Shown here: piece after piece, positions 10,770 to 22,088 of the stretch
Layout: the number at the start of each line of letters is the position of its first letter
Numbering within the stretch: the stretch's first letter is position 1
Assembly: GCA_944358695.1 (NCBI GenBank)
Contig: CALVRM010000032.1
Location: 13,014 to 77,013, forward strand
DNA: 64,000 bases
Direction: 5' to 3'
From: an uncultured Bacilli bacterium
Lineage (GTDB): Bacteria; Bacillota_I; Bacilli_A; RF39; UBA660
Position numbers and translations under genes: made by a program
Notes under the pieces: generated by a model
What the model was told of the DNA's origin: nothing
The model's input: only the letters and a program-made list of their open reading frames with translations
The model's database searches: none

Positions 10770-11936
10770 ATGAACCAATCGTTTAGAAGAATTTTCAAAG
10801 ATTTAGATAAACCGCTATTAATCACAATCATAGTGGGTTTTATCTTTGGGCTTTTAACAATCGTTACTGCTTCCAGTCGCGCAGCGGTGGTTAATTACGA
10901 CGTTTCGATATACTATTATTTCTTTAAACAATTGGTATTTATTATTGTTGGGATTATTGCAGCTTTAATCATTTTAAAAGTAGATACTAAAAAATACAAA
11001 GCGATAGTGCCTCTTTTATTTATTTTATTAATAGTTTTAAACGTAATAGCTTGGAAATCAGAAGCTGTTGCCGGTAGTAACAACTGGATAGATTTAAAGT
11101 TTGTCAAACTTCAGCCAAGTGAACTCTCTAAACCAGTTATTATTGTTTTTCTAGCCATTTTATTTGAAAAATATTATCGTAAACTTCGTACCAAAAACCT
11201 GCCACATTATGACATGATTGGAAAAATTTTACTGATTGCTATAATTATTCCAGCCCTTATTTTTCTTCAAAAAGACTTTGGAACTCTATTAATTACTCTT
11301 TTTATAATTGGTATTTTATTAATTGCTAGTCCAATTCTCAAAATAGAAAAGTTAAAATATGGTGGTCTGTTATTGCTACTTGGAATCGCTGCTTTAGGAA
11401 TATACAGCAGCAGCCAAGGTAGTTTTCTAAACGATGCCCGTTTATCTCGATTTTCTTCTTGGTTAGATCCATGCGGCCAATACGAAAATGGTGGCTATCA
11501 AGTGTGCAACAGTTATATTGCTATTAATGATGGAGGTTTAATGGGCTTAGGCATTGGAAAAAGTAAACAGAAATATTCGTATATTCCAGAACCACATACT
11601 GATTCAGCCTTTGCTATTATAGCTGAAGAATATGGTGTAATTGGTTGTGTCTTTATTTTTCTTGGCTATGCTTTAATATTATGGCGCATAACTTTAATTG
11701 CTTCAAAAGCTTCGACTTTACGCGGAAGATATATCTGCTTAGGTGTAGCCGCCTATATATTTGCCCATATTTTCATTAATATGGGTGGACTATTTGGAAT
11801 AATCCCACTGACCGGGGTTCCGTTGCCATTCTTTAGCTATGGTGGCAGTTTCGCAATATCATTGATTGTTTCTTTAGCACTTGTTCAAAGAGTCAATATT
11901 GAAACTAAAAATCAAAAAATTAAAGTAGCACCTTAG
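10770..11936 (+). CDS. FtsW/RodA/SpoVE family peptidoglycan polymerase
   Basis: 388 aa with ~10 TM segments. The SEDS-family motifs PEPHTDSAFA and PLTGVPLPFFSYGGS are present. Confidence 0.85.
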   Translation: MNQSFRRIFKDLDKPLLITIIVGFIFGLLTIVTASSRAAVVNYDVSIYYYFFKQLVFIIVGIIAALIILKVDTKKYKAIVPLLFILLIVLNVIAWKSEAVAGSNNWIDLKFVKLQPSELSKPVIIVFLAILFEKYYRKLRTKNLPHYDMIGKILLIAIIIPALIFLQKDFGTLLITLFIIGILLIASPILKIEKLKYGGLLLLLGIAALGIYSSSQGSFLNDARLSRFSSWLDPCGQYENGGYQVCNSYIAINDGGLMGLGIGKSKQKYSYIPEPHTDSAFAIIAEEYGVIGCVFIFLGYALILWRITLIASKASTLRGRYICLGVAAYIFAHIFINMGGLFGIIPLTGVPLPFFSYGGSFAISLIVSLALVQRVNIETKNQKIKVAP

Positions 11937-12035
11937 TTTTCTTTTGATTAACTATATCAATATGGTTAATCTTTTTTTAAGGATATAAACATTAAAAACA
12001 GTATGATTAATACAAGGGGGTAGGAAAGGAGAATT

Positions 12036-12713
12036 ATGGAGCTAAAAGATAAAATATTAAAATACCGGAGTATGATCATTGCTATAATAATTATTTTATG
12101 TTTGCTTAGTTTAAATATTTATACTTTGACTTTAGTTGATTTTAATACCGAAGAATCAACCTGTGAAATAGAAAAACCGAGTGAAAAAGAAGAAACCATA
12201 AAAAAAATTAAAGTTGATCTTAAAGGGGAAGTAAACGCCCCAGGAATTTATGAATTAAACGAAAACGATAGGGTAGATGAATTAATCGATAAAGCTGGTG
12301 GTTTAACAAAAAACGCTGACACTTCAATTATAAATTTGAGTAAAAAGTTGAAAGATGAAATGGTGGTAGTTGTTTATTCCATAGCCGAAGTAAAAAAAAT
12401 GAAAGAAAACGAAAAAGAAAAATTAGAATGCCCTGATACAAACGATGCATGCATTGATAATCAATTAGAAACCTTAACCGAAGAAAAGTCCAAAGAAGAA
12501 AAAACTGATAATCAAACCAATTCCAAGATATCAATAAACAAAGCGAGTGCTTCCGAATTACAAACCTTAAGCGGTATTGGTGAGTCTAAAGCCCAAGCTA
12601 TTATAGATTATCGCGAAAAAAATGGAACATTTAAAGCCATCGAAGAAATAAAGAATGTGCCAGGGATAGGTGAATCTATTTTTGAAAAAATCAAAGACAA
12701 TATTACTATTTAA
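12036..12713 (+). CDS. comEA: competence protein ComEA (DNA receptor)
   Basis: N-terminal TM, an SLBB-like segment (VDLKGEVNAPGIYEL) and a C-terminal double helix-hairpin-helix (LQTLSGIGESKAQAIIDYRE..., NVPGIGESIFEKI). Confidence 0.85.
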   Translation: MELKDKILKYRSMIIAIIIILCLLSLNIYTLTLVDFNTEESTCEIEKPSEKEETIKKIKVDLKGEVNAPGIYELNENDRVDELIDKAGGLTKNADTSIINLSKKLKDEMVVVVYSIAEVKKMKENEKEKLECPDTNDACIDNQLETLTEEKSKEEKTDNQTNSKISINKASASELQTLSGIGESKAQAIIDYREKNGTFKAIEEIKNVPGIGESIFEKIKDNITI

Positions 12714-14739
12714 TGTACTAACAACCCTCTTTTTCATAGCGAGTATTATATATACCATTTATCATTTGAATAATTCCCCTGCAAGTTTATACAGCGCCTC
12801 CACTAATGAAATTACGGGAATCATTACTAAATGTCAAAAAAAAGATGAAAGACTACAATTAACCGTCAAAGGTAAAGAGAAAATCATTGTTAATTATTAC
12901 GATGATTTTAACTGTGTTTTAGGCGAAAAAGTGCTGATAAAAGGGCATTTAAAACTTCCAGAGCCTAATACTGTATTTAACCTTTTTAATTACCAGAAAT
13001 ATCTTTTAAGTGAGAAAATACATTATATTATGACGGCTGATACGATAAAAGTAATTGCTAAACCACAATTTATTTACACAATAAAAAATATGCTAATCAA
13101 TCATATCGCCCAATATAAAACCCAAGAATATCTAAACGCCTTTATTTTAGGAAATAATAAAGAAATTGATGAAGATATAATTGAAAGTTATCAAACTAAT
13201 GGCATTAGTCACCTGCTAGCCATATCTGGAATGCATATTACTTTATTATCAAGCATTATTCTTTTTATTTTAAATCGATTTTCAAAACACAAGAAAATAA
13301 ATTACCTAGTCGTTATAATTATCTTACTTTTTTACGCTTTTTTAACTAATTTTACCCCTTCAGTTATAAGAGCAACTTTTTTATTTATCGTTTTAACCAT
13401 AAAAAAAATTATTAACTTAAATATTAAAAGTATATTTTTGCTTATCATTTTAGCCACGATTTATTTGTTTTACAATCCATATATAATTTATAATATCGGT
13501 TTCTTATTTTCTTTTATCATTTCTTTTTATTTAATATTATTTAAAGACTTTATTAAAAAGTTTAAAAGTTATCTAGGTAAAACATTTATTGTTTCTATTA
13601 TCGCCTTTCTTGCTAGTATACCTATTACTATCAATAATTTTTTTGAGATAAATTTATTATCACCATTAATTAATATAGTTTTTGTTCCCTTAGTGTCCGT
13701 AATAATATTCCCACTTTCCTTAATAACCATCTGCATAAAACCTTTAGATGGTTTATTATATTTATTGATTAATGTAATGGAAAATTTATCGATATTATTT
13801 AGCCAAATAAGTAGTTTTCGAATAATATTAAAACATATAAATATCTATGGGATCATTTTATATTATTTGATAATTACATATACTATATATAGTTTAGGTC
13901 AAAAGAAAAAAAGGGGAATTATTATTTTATTAGCCGTTATTATGTTTCATGCTAACAGCAACTATTTAAATACCAGCACCTACATAACGATGATTGATGT
14001 TGGGCAAGGTGATAGTATTCTTTTAAATTTTGCCCATAATCAAGGAACTATTTTAATTGATACCGGAGGGGAAATAAATTTTAAAAATCAAATATTTGAT
14101 CATGTTAAAAATAAGACAATTCCTTATTTAAAATCCGAAGGAATCAATCAAATTGATTATTTAATATTAACGCATGGCGATTTTGATCATCTGGGTCTAG
14201 CCCCTTCCTTACTAGATAATTTTAAAGTTAAAAACATTCTTTTTAACAAATCTAACGACAACAAATTAGAGAAAAAAATAATGAAAAAAGCTAAGCAACA
14301 AGGTATTTCGTATCAAAAAATATCAGATCAAACTATAAGAATTAAAAAATATTTTTTAAAATTTTTATCTGGGCCAAAAACAGCTAGTGAAAATGATGAT
14401 AGTTTAATTATATATACAAAAATAAACGGGCAGAATATATTATTAATGGGAGATGCAACAAAGACAAGAGAGAATTATATTTTAAATACATATAAACTGC
14501 CTATCGTGGATATATTAAAAGTAGGGCACCACGGATCAAAGAGCAGCTCATCTCCCGAATTTATCAATACTGTTAGGCCTAAGATCAGTATAATATCCGC
14601 AGGTAAAAATAATTTGTATGGTCACCCCCACAAAGAAACACTTAAAAAATTAGAAAAAAGTAATATTCTAATTACCCAAATAGATGGTTCTATCAAACTT
14701 ATATTAAAAGATAGAATCATCTATAATACTGCCCGCTAA
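12682..14739 (+). CDS. comEC: DNA internalization competence protein ComEC/Rec2
   Basis: Polytopic competence domain followed by a C-terminal metallo-beta-lactamase domain (HGDFDH, VGHHGS). The likely start is TTG 12682 (MKKSKTILLF) after AGGTGA. The ORF-track GTG 12670 overlaps comEA. Confidence 0.9.
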   Translation: MKKSKTILLFNVLTTLFFIASIIYTIYHLNNSPASLYSASTNEITGIITKCQKKDERLQLTVKGKEKIIVNYYDDFNCVLGEKVLIKGHLKLPEPNTVFNLFNYQKYLLSEKIHYIMTADTIKVIAKPQFIYTIKNMLINHIAQYKTQEYLNAFILGNNKEIDEDIIESYQTNGISHLLAISGMHITLLSSIILFILNRFSKHKKINYLVVIIILLFYAFLTNFTPSVIRATFLFIVLTIKKIINLNIKSIFLLIILATIYLFYNPYIIYNIGFLFSFIISFYLILFKDFIKKFKSYLGKTFIVSIIAFLASIPITINNFFEINLLSPLINIVFVPLVSVIIFPLSLITICIKPLDGLLYLLINVMENLSILFSQISSFRIILKHINIYGIILYYLIITYTIYSLGQKKKRGIIILLAVIMFHANSNYLNTSTYITMIDVGQGDSILLNFAHNQGTILIDTGGEINFKNQIFDHVKNKTIPYLKSEGINQIDYLILTHGDFDHLGLAPSLLDNFKVKNILFNKSNDNKLEKKIMKKAKQQGISYQKISDQTIRIKKYFLKFLSGPKTASENDDSLIIYTKINGQNILLMGDATKTRENYILNTYKLPIVDILKVGHHGSKSSSSPEFINTVRPKISIISAGKNNLYGHPHKETLKKLEKSNILITQIDGSIKLILKDRIIYNTAR

Positions 14740-14763
14740 TGCGTTTAGCGTTTTATATAGATG

Positions 14764-14787
14764 AGCCCTTTATGAGGGCTTTTTATT
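14764..14787 (+). terminator. rho-independent terminator after comEC
   Basis: AGCCCT-ttatg-AGGGCT stem followed by TTTTATTT. Confidence 0.7.
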
Positions 14788-14796
14788 TGCTTAAGA

Positions 14797-15333
14797 TTAA
14801 ACATTGTATGTATTTATACCATATTTTTCCTCTAAAGGGTCATAAAACAAATCTTCAGTTGGTGGATAATAAGTAAGAATACCAAATAGAATATAACAAA
14901 AAATAATTCCAATCAGGCTCAAATAATCAAGTAAACCATAATCTTTACTATTTAAAGTAAAGTAACTTACCCACTGACTAAATATAATAGCCAGTAAAAG
15001 CACAGATAAATTTAGGGTCATGTTTTCACCAAGAAAATTGTATAGCGGTAAATAAATAGCTAAAAAAATAATAACGCTAAAAACCGCAGACAATAGAACG
15101 CTTGTTATAAAATTATGATGTTCGATTTCAAAAGCTTTAAGTAAAGTAAAATCAATTATACTATATATTATAATAGCTGAAAAAAGCATTTTCATATGTT
15201 CCCAAATACTTTCATTCACCGGGAAAAAAATACTAAATAATGTGTTTGGAAACCAAGAATAAATAAAATGCGTTAAAAAACATAAACCAAAAATGATAAA
15301 TACATCTATTATTTTTAACCGTTTTAACGACAT
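14797..15333 (-). CDS. hypothetical polytopic membrane protein
   Basis: 178 aa with ~5 TM helices and no catalytic motif recognised. Confidence 0.5.
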   Translation of the reverse strand: MSLKRLKIIDVFIIFGLCFLTHFIYSWFPNTLFSIFFPVNESIWEHMKMLFSAIIIYSIIDFTLLKAFEIEHHNFITSVLLSAVFSVIIFLAIYLPLYNFLGENMTLNLSVLLLAIIFSQWVSYFTLNSKDYGLLDYLSLIGIIFCYILFGILTYYPPTEDLFYDPLEEKYGINTYNV

Positions 15334-15445
15334 AAAACACCTCTTTTTATTAATTATTATATGAAAATTGTCAAAAAATATAATTTTTTTTAAATAAAAA
15401 AAGGAAATTAGTAGATAAATATCGTATATTATATATAGGGAGTAG

Positions 15446-17179
15446 ATGTCTATGCGCTTTTTAAGTCAAGAAAAAATAAATGAAATTCGTGATAGTGCAG
15501 ATATTGTTAATGTTATCGCAAACTATGTGCCACTTACTCCGAAAGGGAAAAATTTCTTTGGAGTATGTCCATTTCATGACGATAACAATCCAAGTATGAG
15601 TGTTAACCGTGATAAAAAAATTTATAAATGCTTTTCTTGCGGCGCTACCGGAACGGTTTTTAAATTCATTATGGACTATGAAAATGTTTCATTTAGTGAA
15701 GCTGTTCAAAAAGTAGCCGATATCGCGGGAATAACCGTTAATATTAAACAAAAACCAAAAGTTCAAAATCACACCGTCTTGCACGATATTTACGACTTAA
15801 GTTTAAAATTTTACATTAATAATATAAACACTGCTACCGGTAAAGCCGCAAAGGAATATCTTTATAATCGGGGAATTACCGAAGAAATAATAAAAGAATT
15901 TCAAATTGGACTAGCCTTAAAAGGTAAAGATACACTTTCTAAAATTTTATTAAAAAAATTTAACGAAAAGGACATAATGAAAAGTGGGTTAGTTAACAAA
16001 AATGAATATGGATATTTAGATTTGTTTTATGAGCGAATTATGTTTCCACTTTATAACTTAAATGGACAGGCTGTGGCTTACAGTGGTCGTATTTATAACC
16101 GTGAAGATAATTCAAAATATTTTAATACTAGAGAAACTGAAATATTTAAAAAAGGGGAGCTTTTGTATAATTATCACCGTGCTAAAGAAAGCGCCAGGCA
16201 AAAAAACCAAATTATTGTGATGGAAGGCTTTATGGATGTCATTAGGGCTTATTCTGTTGGCATCAAAAACGTAGTTGCAACTATGGGAACTGCTGTTACC
16301 AAAAATCAAGCCTTATTAATCAAAAAGCTTGGAAAAGAAGTTATCCTATGCTTTGATGGCGATGAAGCCGGAGCTAAAGCCACTATGGCCTGTGCTGATG
16401 AACTAATTGCTATTGGTGTTACACCAAAAGTTATTCGTCTTGAAAATGATATGGATCCTGACGAATTTATTCGCCAAAATGGCGTTAAAAATTTTGAACT
16501 TAAAATCAATATGCCAATTAGTATTATGGATTTTAAACTTTCTTATTTGAAAATGAACAAAAATTTAAGTAATAGTGTAGATGAAGCAAAATATATTAAT
16601 GAGGTTATTAAAGAAATAAGTAAAATAAATGATGATATTTTAAAAGAAATCACTATTAAAAAATTAAGCGAAGAAATGAGTATCGATGAAAGCTTAATTA
16701 GAAATAAATTAGAAGTAAAAAAAGTAGAAAAAGTTTCTGCCTCAGTTCAAAAGGTTAAAACCTCTAAATACGAAATTGCTGAGCGTAATCTTTTATTTCA
16801 TATGTTCCATAGCATAGAGGTTATTAAAATGTATAATAACAAAGTAACTTACATGCCAACTCAAGAATATCGCTTACTAGCCCGGGAAATCAGCCTTTTT
16901 TATAAAGAAAATGGATTTATTAATCAAGCTGATTTCATAGATTATATTGAGTGTGATCCAGATATGCTAAAAACAATATCCAAAGTACAAAATGCTGAAC
17001 TTGATGAAAAATACAGTTTAAAAGAAATTGAAGATTACATTAATGTTATTAGAGATTACAATATAAAAGCTGAAACAAATCGTTTGAAAAACCAAATTAA
17101 AAATGAATTAGACCCACTAAAAAAAGCTGAAATAGCTCAAAAAATTATTGATTTAAAAAAGGAGTGTAGTAATGTTTAG
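15446..17179 (+). CDS. dnaG: DNA primase
   Basis: Zinc ribbon [13 protein letters not shown]...CFSCG and a TOPRIM domain ([18 protein letters not shown]). Confidence 0.95.
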   Translation: MSMRFLSQEKINEIRDSADIVNVIANYVPLTPKGKNFFGVCPFHDDNNPSMSVNRDKKIYKCFSCGATGTVFKFIMDYENVSFSEAVQKVADIAGITVNIKQKPKVQNHTVLHDIYDLSLKFYINNINTATGKAAKEYLYNRGITEEIIKEFQIGLALKGKDTLSKILLKKFNEKDIMKSGLVNKNEYGYLDLFYERIMFPLYNLNGQAVAYSGRIYNREDNSKYFNTRETEIFKKGELLYNYHRAKESARQKNQIIVMEGFMDVIRAYSVGIKNVVATMGTAVTKNQALLIKKLGKEVILCFDGDEAGAKATMACADELIAIGVTPKVIRLENDMDPDEFIRQNGVKNFELKINMPISIMDFKLSYLKMNKNLSNSVDEAKYINEVIKEISKINDDILKEITIKKLSEEMSIDESLIRNKLEVKKVEKVSASVQKVKTSKYEIAERNLLFHMFHSIEVIKMYNNKVTYMPTQEYRLLAREISLFYKENGFINQADFIDYIECDPDMLKTISKVQNAELDEKYSLKEIEDYINVIRDYNIKAETNRLKNQIKNELDPLKKAEIAQKIIDLKKECSNV

Positions 17180-18245
17180 CGAAATCAAAACATTTGAAGA
17201 AAGAAAAAAAGAATTAATTAATATAGGAAAGAAGAAAGGGCAAATAACTTATGAAGAGTTAGCCGATAAGTTAAAAGGCTTAGAACTAGATGCCGATGCC
17301 TTAGATGATTTATATAACGCTTTTTCTGATAACGGGATTAACGTTGTTTCGGAAAATCCTAACGATGATGAGCATGTACAAATAACTGATACCGAAGCAT
17401 TATCAAAAGACTTAACAATTAATGACCCAGTTAGAATGTATTTAAAGGAAATTGGCCAAATCAAACTATTAACCAACGAAGAAGAAGCTGAATTAGCTGA
17501 TCGTATTATCGCTGGTGATGAAATGGCTAAGGCAACACTTGCCGAAGCCAATCTTCGTTTAGTTGTAAGTATTGCCAAAAGATATGTAGGACGAGGAATG
17601 TTATTTTTAGATCTTATTCAAGAAGGAAATATCGGTCTAATGAAAGCCGTTGAAAAATTTGATGTATCTAAAGGGTATAAATTTTCGACTTATGCCACAT
17701 GGTGGATTAGACAAGCTATTACCAGAGCAATAGCTGACCAAGCTAGAACAATTAGAGTTCCTGTTCATATGGTTGAAACTATTAATAAATTAGCCCGTGT
17801 TGAGCGCCAGCTAACTTTAGAATTAAATAGAGAACCTACCGAAGAAGAATTATCTAAAAAAATGGGAACCTCTGTCGAAAAAATTCGTGAAATTTATAAA
17901 ATAAGTCAAGAACCAGTAAGTTTAGAAACACCAATTGGCGAAGAAGATGACTCACATTTAGGGGATTTTATTCCTGATGAGACTAATATGAGTCCTGAAG
18001 ATTTTGCCGTTAATGAGTTACTAAAAGATGAAATTTCAGAAGTTTTATTAACTCTAACTGAACGTGAAGAAAAAGTAATTAGACTTCGCTTCGGTTTAGA
18101 AGATGGTCGACCACGAACTTTAGAAGAAGTTGGTCAATTATTTGGTGTAACTAGGGAACGTATTAGACAAATCGAAGCAAAAGCTTTAAGAAAACTGCGT
18201 CATCCGTCACGAAGCCGCAAATTAAAAGACTATTTAGGTGATTAA
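17172..18245 (+). CDS. sigA: RNA polymerase primary sigma factor
   Basis: Regions 2-4 are present: [33 protein letters not shown] and the C-terminal [28 protein letters not shown]. Forms the dnaG-sigA operon arrangement. Confidence 0.95.
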   Translation: MFSEIKTFEERKKELINIGKKKGQITYEELADKLKGLELDADALDDLYNAFSDNGINVVSENPNDDEHVQITDTEALSKDLTINDPVRMYLKEIGQIKLLTNEEEAELADRIIAGDEMAKATLAEANLRLVVSIAKRYVGRGMLFLDLIQEGNIGLMKAVEKFDVSKGYKFSTYATWWIRQAITRAIADQARTIRVPVHMVETINKLARVERQLTLELNREPTEEELSKKMGTSVEKIREIYKISQEPVSLETPIGEEDDSHLGDFIPDETNMSPEDFAVNELLKDEISEVLLTLTEREEKVIRLRFGLEDGRPRTLEEVGQLFGVTRERIRQIEAKALRKLRHPSRSRKLKDYLGD

Positions 18246-18850
18246 TGAAAATTAATAAGCGTTTAAAAGCAATTTGTGACTTAGTTCCTGAAAATAGCAA
18301 AGTAATTGATATTGGTGCTGACCATGCATTAGTAGATATTTATTTGAATAAAATCAAAAACTGTGATTGTTTAGCCACGGATATTTCCCCAAACGCTATA
18401 AAGAGAGCTAAAATAAATATCGATAAAAATGAGGCGAATGTTAAGACAAAAGTTATTGATGGACTACCAGAATTAAAAGATGAGATAATTATAATATCTG
18501 GTATGGGAGCTAAAACAATGCTAAAGATTTTACATTCCCAAATAACTAACGACTTGATTTTAAGTCCTAATAATAATGTTCACCTTGTCAGAAAAGCGAT
18601 GAGAAAAAAAGGTTATCATATTGAAAAAGAACTATTAGTAAAAGAAAACCATTATTATGTTATAACATATTATAAGTTTGGTAAGCACAAAAGAACTGAC
18701 GATATAGTTAGTCCTTTTCTTAAGAATAATATACCTTACATGAGAAAATTATTAAATTATTATCAGATAAAATCCATTAATGAAAGAAAACTTTTACAAA
18801 AACTAAAGTATAAACATATAGTAAAAAAAATTAAGCGAACAATTCAGTAA
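18245..18850 (+). CDS. trmK: tRNA (adenine22-N1)-methyltransferase TrmK-like
   Basis: N-terminus KRLKAICDLVPENSKVIDIGADHALV and its position after sigA, as for Bacillus yqfN/trmK. Confidence 0.75.
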   Translation: MKINKRLKAICDLVPENSKVIDIGADHALVDIYLNKIKNCDCLATDISPNAIKRAKINIDKNEANVKTKVIDGLPELKDEIIIISGMGAKTMLKILHSQITNDLILSPNNNVHLVRKAMRKKGYHIEKELLVKENHYYVITYYKFGKHKRTDDIVSPFLKNNIPYMRKLLNYYQIKSINERKLLQKLKYKHIVKKIKRTIQ

Positions 18851-18874
18851 TTTTCTTATTTTAGCAATTTATTA

Positions 18875-18903
18875 AAAAAGAAAACGTCCTAGTTTTCTTT
18901 TTT
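18875..18903. terminator. bidirectional terminator
   Basis: AAGAAAAC-gtccta-GTTTTCTT stem flanked by A and T runs, between convergent genes. Confidence 0.6.
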
Positions 18904-19282
18904 AAATAAAAAATGTTGGTCCACCATCCATAGTTTCTTCTTTTTCCACCACTGGCTCACTCGTCACTGAATTTATACCATTATTAGTACTTTGTTTCTC
19001 TTCAGTTTTAGAGGCGGAAGGAGTATCTACTTTTTTAAACTCATTCATTACTTTAAACATTGTTTTCGCATTTCTCATCACTGGTGTAACTTGTTTCACA
19101 ACTGGAATTGCTTGGTTAATGATTCCTAAAGTTTTCTGAGTCCCATTGACAATATTACCTAATGTAAGGCCACCAGAGGCCCCTCTTAAAGCACTAAATA
19201 AGCCTGGACGAGCTGCTGAAACCATCGGAGTCATCATATAATATGGATTATAAAAATTCATATGCTCACTCCTTTCTAACAT
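18902..19282 (-). CDS. hypothetical protein
   Basis: 126-aa ORF preceded by a GGAGTGAG-like SD, with no recognisable motif. Confidence 0.4.
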   Translation of the reverse strand: MLERSEHMNFYNPYYMMTPMVSAARPGLFSALRGASGGLTLGNIVNGTQKTLGIINQAIPVVKQVTPVMRNAKTMFKVMNEFKKVDTPSASKTEEKQSTNNGINSVTSEPVVEKEETMDGGPTFFI

Positions 19283-19368
19283 ATTATATGTTTTTACAAA
19301 AAAATGTTTTGTTTATCACAAAAATATGTTATAATTATTTACAGTAGATATGATAGGAAGGTGTCTAT

Positions 19369-21243
19369 ATGGGGCTTAAGACTTTACTTTTACCTTGTCT
19401 TTATGTGTATAGATTTTTTGCTAGTATAATAAAATTGCTTGGACTATTCATAAAATACATCTTTCAAGGATTTCTAATAATCTTAAAACAAATAGGTAAA
19501 TTTTTTAAATATGTATTACTCGGGTTTAAAAATGCTCCTTTAATAATTTTTAGTATATTCTCACATTTTTTATTGTCTTTTCAAATTCTTTTTGGATCAA
19601 TTCGCCACAATAGTCAAGAAAGACAGCAACAAAAAGTTAAAGAACGTGAAATAACCGCTAAAAAGCACCGTGAAGAGTTAATCGAAAAGGCCAAACGTGA
19701 GCAAGCTATTCAAAATGAAAAAGAAATTGCTTTAAGAAAAAAAATAAGCAAAGCTAAAGAAAAGGAAACAAAACGTAAAAAACGTAACGATGACAATATT
19801 TATATAAATGAAAACGTTAAACGCGAAAGAAAAACAATAGGGGATCGTTTTGAGAGCTTTGGTAACTCAATTATCAATCTTCCAAACAAACTTAGTAATT
19901 ATTTTAAACGTAAATGGAACAATCTATCTTTTGTTAAAGAAGCAAAAAATAAAAGAGATATTAATCGTGAGGTTTTACTCATCGATTTTAACAGTGACGA
20001 TGCTAAAAAAAGCAAAGTCAAGCTTACTTATAAATACGAGATTAAGACCCCAGAAGGTAAAGACGTCACTGGGTACTTCGATGCTTATTCAAAAGTTGAA
20101 GTTCATTCATTTTTATTAAGCGAAGGAAACACCGTTTATAGTATTAAAACATCAAAATGGATTCAATTACTCCATGGTTCACACGGTACAAGTCATTCTA
20201 AAATAAAGATCAAGGATTTAATTTTCTTATTAGCTCAGCTATCTACGTATTTAAAAGCTGGTATCCCTTTGGTAGATTCAGTAAAAATCTTAATCAAACA
20301 ATTTAAAAATTCTAATTATCAAAAGATATTAAGAAGTGTTGTTTATGATCTTTCAACTGGACAAAGTTTTAGCGAAGCCTTAAGCAAACAAGGTGAAGCA
20401 TTTCCACGATTATTAATTAATATGGTTAAAGCTTCAGAAATGACCGGTGAATTACCAGAAGCTTTGGATGATATGGAAGCATATTATAGTGAATCTGAAG
20501 CTACGCGAAAAGCTATGGTTAGTGCCATGATGTATCCAATTATTATCTTCATTGTCGCTATCGGAGTTGGATTATTTATCATGCTATATGTAGTTCCTAA
20601 ATTTGTAGAAATTTACAATAGTATGGACAACGCTGAAATTCCAGCTATTACACAATTTGTCCTTAACTTAAGTAGCTTCTTAGGTGACTATGCTATTTGG
20701 ATTGGTCTTGGCTTTATAGCCTTCTTATTAATTTTTATGTATTTATTTAAAAAAGTAAAATCATTTAGAGCCACTGTCCAATGGCTAGGTATGCACCTTC
20801 CAGTATTTGGAAATGTAATTATCTATAATGAAGTTACGATGTTTACCAAAACTTTTTCTTCATTACTAGCGCATAATGTATTTATTACTGATAGTATGGA
20901 CATTCTAAACAAAGTAACTAATAATGAAATATATAAAATGATGATAATCGATGCTATTACTAATATAGCCAAAGGTGATAAGATTTCATCAGCATTTAAA
21001 GATCAATGGGCTTTCCCTATCCCAGCATACGAAATGATAGTTACTGGTGAAAAAACTGGGCAATTGCCTGAAATGATGGCTAAAGTATCAGCTTATTATC
21101 AAGATTTACATCGCAATTCCGTTAGTCGTATTAAAACATTTATTGAACCAGTAATGATTATTTTATTAACTGTAATGGTCGGCGTCATTGTTTTAGCAAT
21201 CGTTGTTCCAATGTTCAATATGTATAGTGCTATTCAACAATAA
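19369..21243 (+). CDS. type II secretion/type IV pilus platform protein (GspF/PilC/ComGB family) with long N-terminal extension
   Basis: The C-terminal ~400 aa show the duplicated T2SS-F pattern with three TM blocks. The N-terminal ~220 aa add TM segments and a Lys/Glu-rich coiled region. The SD is GGAAGGTG. Confidence 0.75.
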   Translation: MGLKTLLLPCLYVYRFFASIIKLLGLFIKYIFQGFLIILKQIGKFFKYVLLGFKNAPLIIFSIFSHFLLSFQILFGSIRHNSQERQQQKVKEREITAKKHREELIEKAKREQAIQNEKEIALRKKISKAKEKETKRKKRNDDNIYINENVKRERKTIGDRFESFGNSIINLPNKLSNYFKRKWNNLSFVKEAKNKRDINREVLLIDFNSDDAKKSKVKLTYKYEIKTPEGKDVTGYFDAYSKVEVHSFLLSEGNTVYSIKTSKWIQLLHGSHGTSHSKIKIKDLIFLLAQLSTYLKAGIPLVDSVKILIKQFKNSNYQKILRSVVYDLSTGQSFSEALSKQGEAFPRLLINMVKASEMTGELPEALDDMEAYYSESEATRKAMVSAMMYPIIIFIVAIGVGLFIMLYVVPKFVEIYNSMDNAEIPAITQFVLNLSSFLGDYAIWIGLGFIAFLLIFMYLFKKVKSFRATVQWLGMHLPVFGNVIIYNEVTMFTKTFSSLLAHNVFITDSMDILNKVTNNEIYKMMIIDAITNIAKGDKISSAFKDQWAFPIPAYEMIVTGEKTGQLPEMMAKVSAYYQDLHRNSVSRIKTFIEPVMIILLTVMVGVIVLAIVVPMFNMYSAIQQ

Positions 21244-21253
21244 GGAGGAACTT

Positions 21254-22021
21254 ATGGAAGTATTTTATGGTATAATTATGTTCATCCTGGGAGCTATCCT
21301 AGGTTCTTTTTATAATGTCGTTGGTTTTCGATTGCCAAAAGGTGAGTCAATCGTTTTTCCTCCAAGTCATTGTCCAAATTGCAATAATAGACTGGGAGCT
21401 AGTGAACTGATTCCTATTTTTTCCTTTATTTTTCAAAAAGGAAAGTGTAAACATTGTAAAAAAAATATTCCTATTTTTTATACGGTTTCTGAATTAATAA
21501 CCGGAATATTATTCACTTTAGCGTATTTAATATATGGTTTAACACCCGATTTAATTATCCCAATAACATTTATTTCAATGTTAGTAATAATCGTTGTCAG
21601 CGATTATAATTATATGATCATATCTGACAGTGTGTTGCTAACTTTTGGAATTATTATAGGACTTGAAATTTTATTTATCAACGGTTTTAATGACTTTTTC
21701 TCAAGTCTTGTTAGTGCCATTCTTTCATTTTTCACAATGTGGGCATTAAAAAAATTTGGTGATTTATTATTTAAAAAGGAATCAATGGGCGGTGGCGATA
21801 TAAAGCTAATGGCTATTTTTGGTCTAGTGCTTGGTTTTCCTATGACAATATTTTCTATTTTTTTAGGATCCTTGATTGGTCTACCTATTTCTTTATTTAT
21901 GTTAAAGAAAAATACCGACCATATAATTCCTTTCGGACCATTTTTAGCTATGAGTGCTGTTATAATAGTTTTATCGCAACTAGATTTTACTACTTTAAAA
22001 ACTTTTTTGGGCTATATTTAG
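21254..22021 (+). CDS. prepilin peptidase (A24 family, PilD/ComC-like)
   Basis: N-terminal CPNC...CKHC zinc motif, a polytopic body and the GGGDIKL aspartyl-protease motif. ATG 21254 follows AAGGAGG. Confidence 0.85.
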   Translation: MEVFYGIIMFILGAILGSFYNVVGFRLPKGESIVFPPSHCPNCNNRLGASELIPIFSFIFQKGKCKHCKKNIPIFYTVSELITGILFTLAYLIYGLTPDLIIPITFISMLVIIVVSDYNYMIISDSVLLTFGIIIGLEILFINGFNDFFSSLVSAILSFFTMWALKKFGDLLFKKESMGGGDIKLMAIFGLVLGFPMTIFSIFLGSLIGLPISLFMLKKNTDHIIPFGPFLAMSAVIIVLSQLDFTTLKTFLGYI

Positions 22022-22088
22022 TCCTTTTTAAATTGACAAAAGCATAGAAATAGTATATGATAACAACCATCAAAGGAGAGTATACAAT

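Noticed and set aside
19850-20119. Same-strand internal ORFs in alternative frames (19850-20119, 22243-22542, 27530-27718, 46193-46417, 35098-35367, 35568-35759, 36657-36995, 37609-37812, 37798-38067).
   Set aside because: They are embedded in, or opposite to, better-supported genes and have no independent translation signals.
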